A DNA stretch of 64,000 bases from Enoplolaimus lenunculus (lineage: Eukaryota): positions 62,001 through 126,000 of the forward strand of contig JASANG010000266.1 of NCBI GenBank assembly GCA_030248215.1, given 5' to 3'. Of the stretch, positions 57,101 to 64,000 are shown one piece after another; position 1 is the stretch's first letter, and every line of letters starts with the position of its first letter. The position numbers were made by a program, and so were the translations under genes. The notes beneath the pieces are model-generated. The model searched no databases and was not told the origin of the DNA. It saw only the letters and a program-made list of their open reading frames with translations.

Positions 57101-58971
57101 ACGTATGGCTTCTAGCTCGCTTCGTTTGCGAGGTTTCATCAATTGAGAGCTCGATGGCAGAGAGATCAAGATAATTGTTTTGTGATTTAGTACATACCTA
57201 CGAAAATAACGTCTAATTTGTTTAGCTAACTTTCGTTTAAAATGTTTTCTTTGTTTGTTTAACCGCTGTAGTAACTGTTGGCTCCCCATATGGTGTAACA
57301 TATTTTATCACACATTGTCATCTAGCCAAATGGGTCGTTCAGCCATTTGTCTACAAAATCTGGGAGAATTTTCGGCATTGTGCGAGGACGTTTAGGATGT
57401 AAGACTGTGCAACAATCTTGTATTGAGTCCTGTTATTACCGCTGTGTGTACTATGGTGTAGTAACTTGAAAAATTCACTCAGACAAAGAAATTTTTTTCA
57501 ATATTTTTCGGGAAAAAAAGAAAAACAAAAAAAATCAGTTTGTCCCGTCATAATTTTTCTGAAAAAAAACCCGGAAAGTTGATATTGCGCATCCCGCCGT
57601 CCCTGTTCCTATGTACACCAACTTACATAGTTATTTATGTATCTATCTTGAATGACCCTTTCCTCAATAATTTAACCCGAGGAGATATTGGTAAAGTACT
57701 TTAAATGAGTTATTCCTATTCAGGCATACCAATGGACGCTGTAAAAGAAGAGCGCATGAGGCGCGCTGCGGTTCAAGCTGCCGCCATGGACACCGAGGAA
57801 TATATGTTGTTTTCTCAAGCTCGACAAGTCACATTCTGCGAACGAAATCGAGCCAAAAAATTCTCGCAATGGTTTCAGTTTCCTGAACTTGATGGCTTTA
57901 GCTTTGATCGATTTGTGATTGAGGTGTGCAGCGTATGCGGCTGTTTGATTTTGGTTATAGGTTTTCGATGTGTGAGAATCGTTTTCGTTGTAAAATTATT
58001 GACTGAAATATGTTTAATTTATATATGCAAGCCCACATAGTGAATTATGGTAAAACCAACAAAGTGTTTTGTTTGATAACCGCAAACAGGCAGTGTTTAC
58101 GCACGATAATATTTGGATGTGATCAATGAATTTCGATTTGCACATGCATTGATAGTGAATGTAACAAAAGCAATAAGTGTGTATCAACCCTGATTATGTA
58201 ATCAGCATGATTTAATAAATATAAAAAGCTGTGGCATAATGCTGTGTTGCGTTACTTTAGATTCTTAATTTTTTGGGATATGAGATTGTCGCTGTTATTA
58301 TGGATTTTGCACTGACAGTAAGGCGTGATTCATTTCGACGAGTACCACTAGAGTCGTTGTATCATTACCGCTCAACACAATCGAGATCTGTTCCTGATTC
58401 AACACCAAGTACTTCTGTTGAATATACTTCTCAAAGTGTTAACAGTAATCATGTGTTAGCTCGAAGTCGTAACGTCGGTACTTCGCCCGAAAGCAAACCG
58501 CGTGTAATAGACAATTTTAATTCCCAGACGGTAAGTCAATTTTTGCATAACAATGTTAATTTGGCGTGTGGTTTCGATTTTATGTTACAGTGCTCTTCGC
58601 CGGGTTCAGTGCATATGTTTTACTTTATAATGTAATTTTGTAACACGTTTTGCAATAAATTGCGTTCTATTTGATGCCGTATGCTTGTCAAATAAGTAAT
58701 TTGAAAAAATTATTTATGTATAAATAAACATGGAAGCTTAAGTTGTCCGAACTTTGATTTTTATATTAACACGTTTTAGGTTTCAATGCGACTTGCGCAA
58801 CATGTCAGAAATAGGCGTGCTGAGCGGTTATCTGCTGGTATGAACGATCCGCTTAAACCAAGAGGCATCGATTTTCTTCGTTATAGTCAGATTCAACCGT
58901 CTCACATACGAGAAGCTTTGAGACGACTGGGAAACATTAGTAAAAACGGTCAGATTAAAATAATAGGGTAA
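54128..58971 (+). CDS. SUPT3H: SAGA complex subunit Spt3/SUPT3H, 6 exons
   Basis: Exons 54128-54255, 54545-54715, 56168-about 56331 (donor uncertain), 57724-57923, 58261-58530, 58780-58971. Motifs EIQSIMFAMGDCRKPLKESALLIESIV, MDTEEYMLFSQARQVTF, ILNFLGYEIV, IQPSHIREALRRL. Confidence 0.9.
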
Positions 58972-59755
58972 AGGCGTAAATAGCTGCTCGACATAATTTT
59001 CTCACAACCTCATCAATCAATTAGCGTTTCACATTTTATTACGCATGTGCCCGGTGCAAAGTCTGTGCGGCTTGCGAGCCTCATTAGTCTCGAATTTTTA
59101 TTTTTCGCAGTAAAGTGGTCATGTTAAACACTTCCATCCGTGATTGTCGATTTTAAATAACCTGAACTTCAATATTATTACTGAAAATATTAGCGTAAGT
59201 TCTGAGTTCGAATCAAAGGTTACAAATTACACTTTTTGAAACTGAAAATATAAATGTATGAAAAGGATGCTGAAGTAATAATATGTGCAAATTTTTGTTG
59301 GATTTTTTTAAATTGCATGTATTTTACTTTCTCAATATGATGAATGTTTGTTGGCTATATTGTGTTCCTGGGCGCATTACTTTATGAATACGATTTTATG
59401 GTTTAACCGTAATGCGAGTACACAAAAACGCAACGAAATTTTGAAGCAGATTTACTTAGCCTGTTGCAGTAAAGCGCAAGGGCTCTGTTTTAATTTTCTA
59501 AGCTTATTAAAGCAAAGTGGAAACTACACTAAATGCCACTGCGCTACTTTTAGGTCAAAAATATCGGTGCATGAAGCTAACAAAATTAGCCCGAGGCGAA
59601 ATTAGGCATCTAAATATTTAACTTGTTGGTTTACCAAAACTTACAACTAAATGCGCCAAACAAATTTCGTAAAACTATGAAAAATTTCATTACCAAAATT
59701 GCGGCTCATGTAAAGATCACGAGTGGAACGTTTTTTGTGGGACTGCAATAGAGTA

Positions 59756-60145
59756 CTGTAGTGACCCGAATAAGAGAGGGGGTTTGTATTTATTTGGCCT
59801 CTCCACCGGGTGTCCCCCTTATCATTCAGTTACGGACTGTTATTTATTTTTATCCCGCTCTCCGCCGCCCTTCGTTGCTGTATATAGCCGGTCTTGCAAC
59901 CTACAATCCATTGAATTAAACGTTTTATTTGTCTTGTGTCAATAGCTTGAGCGATAATGCAAAGTTATAGTTTCGAACTCAACTGTATTTGGTCCTGCAG
60001 TGATTTATGCGCTACAATTAGGAATAATTAACATTTACGGACTCTAATTAGAGCTTAAGGACGCTACGGTTACGGAGTCTTATTAGGGATACGGGCTCCT
60101 AATTGGGACTTAAAATGGGGACCACCATCTCTTCGGATCACTACA
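59756..60145. mobile_element. Tc1/mariner-like MITE nested inside a TTAGGC-bearing MITE (about 59703-60230)
   Basis: TIR CTGTAGTGACCCGAATAAGAG...CTCTTCGGATCACTACA. The two flanks join into the 6940-7134 family sequence. Confidence 0.7.
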
Positions 60146-61234
60146 AATTTAAGCTTGACTAATTTTTTTGCTAGGCTTAGACTTGATAGGCTTAGAAATA
60201 TGCATATAATACTGTTCTTTACATTGGCAAAAATTGCTATAACCTATACACGATTTTCAGAGCTGTTTAAGCTGTTAATGTCTAAAATACCAGACATTTT
60301 GTCGCGAAAATTCAAGAAAGTATAAGAGTCTTCAAATTTCAAGACAATTTTATTTTGTGTGTACCGGAACCGGGTGTAGACCTCCAGTTGTACCCTGAAC
60401 TGAAGTTGAGTAGAAGTCTGTCATGGCGAAATGCAAGGTGTGTTCAACTAATAATTTTGACAGGGTCGGCGGTGGGACAAAGTTAAGTCACAAAACGGTA
60501 CTGAAATTGCTAATAACCAGGGTGTAACCGAATATCCTTTTCCGGTATAAACATCGGTATCCGTTATTTTGATCACTATCTGTTTCTGTTTCCGCTATTT
60601 TTACTATCCGTTCACACCCTGGACCTCCGGCTGTATACACATTGTAAAATGCCAGATATAAATATCCAAGGTATGTGACACAATACATACCTTAGATTTT
60701 TATATCTGTCATTTTTGTTCCGCGATGCAACCGGTGTTACATGAAAAATCAGACCTCCGTTTTTTTCTACGAAAAATCAGACCCCAGTCCGAATTGTACT
60801 TGGAAAAATTGGACCCCGAATCCGTGAAAACTCGACGACGAGAAATCAGACTTCCGTGTGACCTTTGGTACGAAAGTTCAGACTCTGTGAGGGCCCATAG
60901 TTTTGAGAACTTAATAGGCGGGTTTGAGTATTCCTAAAAATGAGACGAGGTTCGGATTTTTCTCGTAACACCAGTAGTCTTCCTGCGGTTTTGAAAGAAA
61001 ATCAACCTCGGCCAGCATCTGGCGTTGCTGGATTGTTTTGCTAGTTTTTCCAAAATCATTTTGCAAATTTTTAATCTGGATTTCAGAACGCGTTGAGCGG
61101 TAAGTTTGTTTTTTCGGTACTGCAAATATAGTAGGCTAAATCTTTACACTTTTTGCTTTAGGCTTAGTTATAAGCTTATCCTTAAAATATATTACGTAGC
61201 TAGTATATGGTGTAAGCTTGTGAGACATGGTACT

Positions 61235-61460
61235 TGTTAGTCTAGGTAGGAACCAGGACTTCTAATCTTTTAACTAAGCACGTGAAAAAGCGGATGACGG
61301 GTGGTTTCGAACTAGTGACCTTCTACGCTGTTACCGCTGCGCCACGTAGCCCGCCTCCAAATGTGTTTCTCGTCGACTATATGTGTCGACCGTATGCTGC
61401 CGCCGGCAAGCAGGCTTTCATTGCATATGCACCAGGATAACCATGTCTCACATGCTAACA
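61235..61460 (-). mobile_element. Solo LTR of the tRNA-bearing TRIM family
   Basis: TGTTAGTCTAGG...CATGCTAACA, homologous to 61889-62129. 5-bp TSD GTACT at 61230-61234 and 61461-61465. Confidence 0.88.
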
Positions 61461-61888
61461 GTACTGATATCTGTAGTGCAGATTGCAGTGTGTGTATGCT
61501 TACCGACAGCGAACAAGTCGATGGTAAATGCAATTAAAGAGGCGTGTCGGATTTGGACGGATTGTGTCTACGGCTTTAGTGTGTTTCAGATCTATGATGC
61601 TAGCGTAATCGCCCTTCACCAACGGCACGGCCGGTATTCAAGATTTACTATGAAACGTATTTACAGACAAAGGCACAGACGCGGTTATACCGAAAGCAAT
61701 GTTATACACAGTGACACAGTGATGACAAGGAGCCAAGACGGTTGTTACCGGATAGATCTAGTAGTCCTCAAGGGTCGACGTTTGGCGACAAGGGGGGATG
61801 TGGTATATGGGAAGAATAACATAGCTAGGGCAAATGGCCGAAGCTGGGCAATAAGAAACAGAACGAAACAAAGCAAAAGAAACACAAG

Positions 61889-62841
61889 TGTCAGTCTAGG
61901 TAGGAACCGGGACATAAACCTTGCAACTAAGCAGTTGGTCAAGCGGGCTAGAGCGGGGAATGAACTCTTAGCCTATGGATCCTTAAGCGAGCACTCTACC
62001 ACTGCGCCACGTAGCCCGCCTCTCCTCTCCAACTGCCTTTTTCGTCGACTATATCTGTCGACCGTACACCACAATATGCACTGCATTTATTGCATATGCA
62101 CCAGGACAAGCATGTCTCACATGCTTACATGCCCTTATTTTCAACAAGGTCGTCCCTTGACCGTCCATCCTAGTTTCGACTGGATACCGTGCTCATAGCG
62201 CGGCAATTTGCCATTGCGCTCACGGCGTGGCCCCCATGTCAGTCTAGGTAGGAACCAAGTACATCAGACCTTTCTACCAATCAGCTGGAAAAGCGAGCTA
62301 GAGCGAGGATCGAACTCTTAGCCTATGGATCCTTAAGCGAACACTCTACCATTGCGCTACGCAGCCCGCCTGTGCAACTGCATTTTTCGTCGACTATATT
62401 TGTCGACCGTATGCTGCCAGCTAGCATACATACAGTGCACTGCACTATATTGCATGTGCACCTATCGGACAAGCATGTCTCACATGCTTACATGCCCTTA
62501 TTTTCAACAAGGTCGTCCCTTGACCGTCCATCCTATTTTTCGACTGGATACCGTGTTCGTAGCGCGGCAGTTTACCACTGCGTCCACGGAGTAGCCCCCA
62601 TGTCAGTCTAGGTAGGAACCGGGACATAAACCTTTCAACTAAGCAGCTGGAAAAGCGGGCTAAAGCGGGGAATGAACTCTTAGCCTATGGATCCTTAAGC
62701 GAGCACTCTACCACCGCGCCACGTAGCCCGCCTCTCCTCTCCAACTGCCTTTTTCGTCGACTATATCTGTCGACCGTACACCACAATATGCACTGCATTT
62801 ATTGCATATGCACCAGGACAAGCATGTCTCACATGCTTACA
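61889..62841 (-). mobile_element. Tandem-array TRIM (LTR-I-LTR-I-LTR) with a tRNA-like module in each LTR
   Basis: LTRs 61889-62129, 62237-62492 and 62601-62841, each TGT...ACA. Internal domains 62130-62236 and 62493-62600 begin on the minus strand with PBS TGGGGGC and end with purine-rich GAAAATAAGGG. TSD ACAAG at 61884-61888 and 62842-62846. Confidence 0.92.
61943..62019 (-). promoter_or_regulatory. tRNA-derived Pol III internal promoter module within the LTR (also about 62293-62369 and 62655-62731)
   Basis: A-box TGGCGCAGTGG. B-box GAGTTCATTCC here and GAGTTCGATCC in the middle LTR. Acceptor-like stem GCGGGCTA/TAGCCCGC. The anticodon and T stems are degenerate. Confidence 0.75.
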
Positions 62842-63749
62842 ACAAGCAAAAGAAACGAAAACAAGGACGAAAAATAAATATAATAAAAGTTACAGAATTT
62901 ATGCAAAATAGATACATGTGTGGGCGACTAGCCCGAATTGTATATATGTTCAGTCTTGAAAGAATTTGATAAGATTTGGTGTTGTTTTGAAACACGGAGA
63001 ATTGTATTATTGTGTGCTTTTCGCTATTAGGTGGAAACTACTTGTTGTGTTTGTGATTTTTCGGTTTAGTTCCGAACTCGAAGAAAAACTGGTAAGATTT
63101 TACTGAGTTGAGTACCGTAGAATTGTTTTAAAATAAGAACTGTTATGGGCGGGCTATTTGTACGTACTCCCGAGGCCGGTGTGTTGAGCGCCGGAACCTG
63201 TCCTCGTTAGGTAGTGCGTTCAACGGACATACCGGGGCTCGGTCATTACTCAAGCCGCTCGGAACGCATATAAATGTTTACTGACATAGAAACTGTACAC
63301 TAAAAACGTAAGCTTAGATCGAATTGAATCAAAGCATCAGTAAACACCGTATAACATTGTATACTGTATAATTATATATGTGCCTTTGGTAAAAACGTTC
63401 TTCAGTAAATTCTTAAAACCGGCCGTGCCGTTGTGTGAAGGGCGAATACGCTATCGTGATAGATCCCGAACTTGGCCTTTTACATGAAAATCCGACAAGG
63501 CGGGCTCTGTTGCGCAGTGGTAGAGAGTTCAGTTTTGTATCCATAGGGTAGAGAGTTCGAACTGTAGGGTCTGGACTGGTGGAAAATAGCAATTTTTACC
63601 AAGTGGAGTATTATCTGGTTTCGGATCTATTCTGAAATATGGATTGCGAAGATTTTAGGATGTTCACTAACTGTCTAGGCGAGCTTTAAACACTTAGTTC
63701 AGCTTGTTTTAATTGCGAAGAATCCAAATACGGTGCAAAATAATACAAC

Positions 63750-63919
63750 TGTAAGCATGTGAGACCAGGTTTGTAGCCAGCTCACCTTGCAATGTAAGGG
63801 GGCTAAAAATATTCAGGAGGAGCATACAGTGGTTTTTGTTGACTAATAAACAAGGCAAATATTCTTGGTTGAGCAAAATTTTTCCAGGGGGGTTAGCCCC
63901 CCTTTGGCTACGGGACCGT
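63750..63919 (+). mobile_element. Start of another TRIM LTR (TGTAAGCATGTGAGAC) interrupted by a CAGG..GTAGCC-family MITE
   Basis: 16-nt exact match to the LTR 5' terminus at 63750-63765, followed by a MITE at 63766-63919. Confidence 0.6.
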
Positions 63920-64000
63920 TTGAGATTTGCATTGTGACATGCGTATGTAAGATGATAAAACAAAACCTCGCGCTGATGCTGCACATCTGTTAAAACACTG

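Larger units (their letters stand above)
61545..63497. mobile_element. TGT...ACA element with ~180-bp imperfect terminal inverted repeats and a 5-bp TSD (Ginger/TDD-like or unclassified)
   Basis: Ends TGTCGGATTT/AAATCCGACA. Arms about 61545-61724 and 63334-63497 share the inverted core TCGCCCTTCAC(A)CAACGGCACGGCCGGT. TSD AGGCG at 61540-61544 and 63498-63502. Confidence 0.8.
61211..63637 (+). mobile_element. Old solo LTR of the tRNA-bearing TRIM family, split by nested insertions
   Basis: Segments 61211-61234, 61466-61544 and 63503-63637 rebuild an LTR (TGTAAGCTTGTGAGACATG...tRNA-like...CTGAAA). TSD TATGG at 61206-61210 and 63638-63642. Confidence 0.75.

Noticed and set aside
61383..62198. 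271-aa ORF, the longest in the track
   Set aside because: It runs across four different nested non-coding elements and has no recognisable domain, so it is probably a chance frame.
61943..62731. Functional tRNA gene cluster
   Set aside because: The anticodon and T stems do not pair, copies vary in the B-box, and all lie inside LTRs.

Overview
AT-rich, intron-rich eukaryotic DNA, most likely from a nematode: TTTCAG-type acceptors, interspersed TTAGGC repeats, a cuticlin and an MLC-3-type light chain. Spliced genes reconstructed by hand: an N-terminal exon of an RBM46/RBM47/A1CF-like RRM protein (-), an 11-exon cuticlin ZP protein (-), a 3-exon metallo-beta-lactamase-fold protein lacking most metal ligands (+), an ABHD4/ABHD5 hydrolase (-), myosin essential light chain mlc-3 (-) and SUPT3H/Spt3 (+). 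Introns and intergenic DNA are full of MITEs (hAT-, Tc1/mariner-, Harbinger- and Helentron-like) and minisatellites. The most notable structure is at 61.2-63.6 kb. It is a non-autonomous LTR retrotransposon (TRIM) family whose ~240-bp LTRs carry a tRNA-like Pol III module. The family appears as a three-LTR tandem element with PBS, PPT and a 5-bp TSD, inside a nested stack of four insertions, each with its own intact TSD. All calls come from manual reading; no database search was run.
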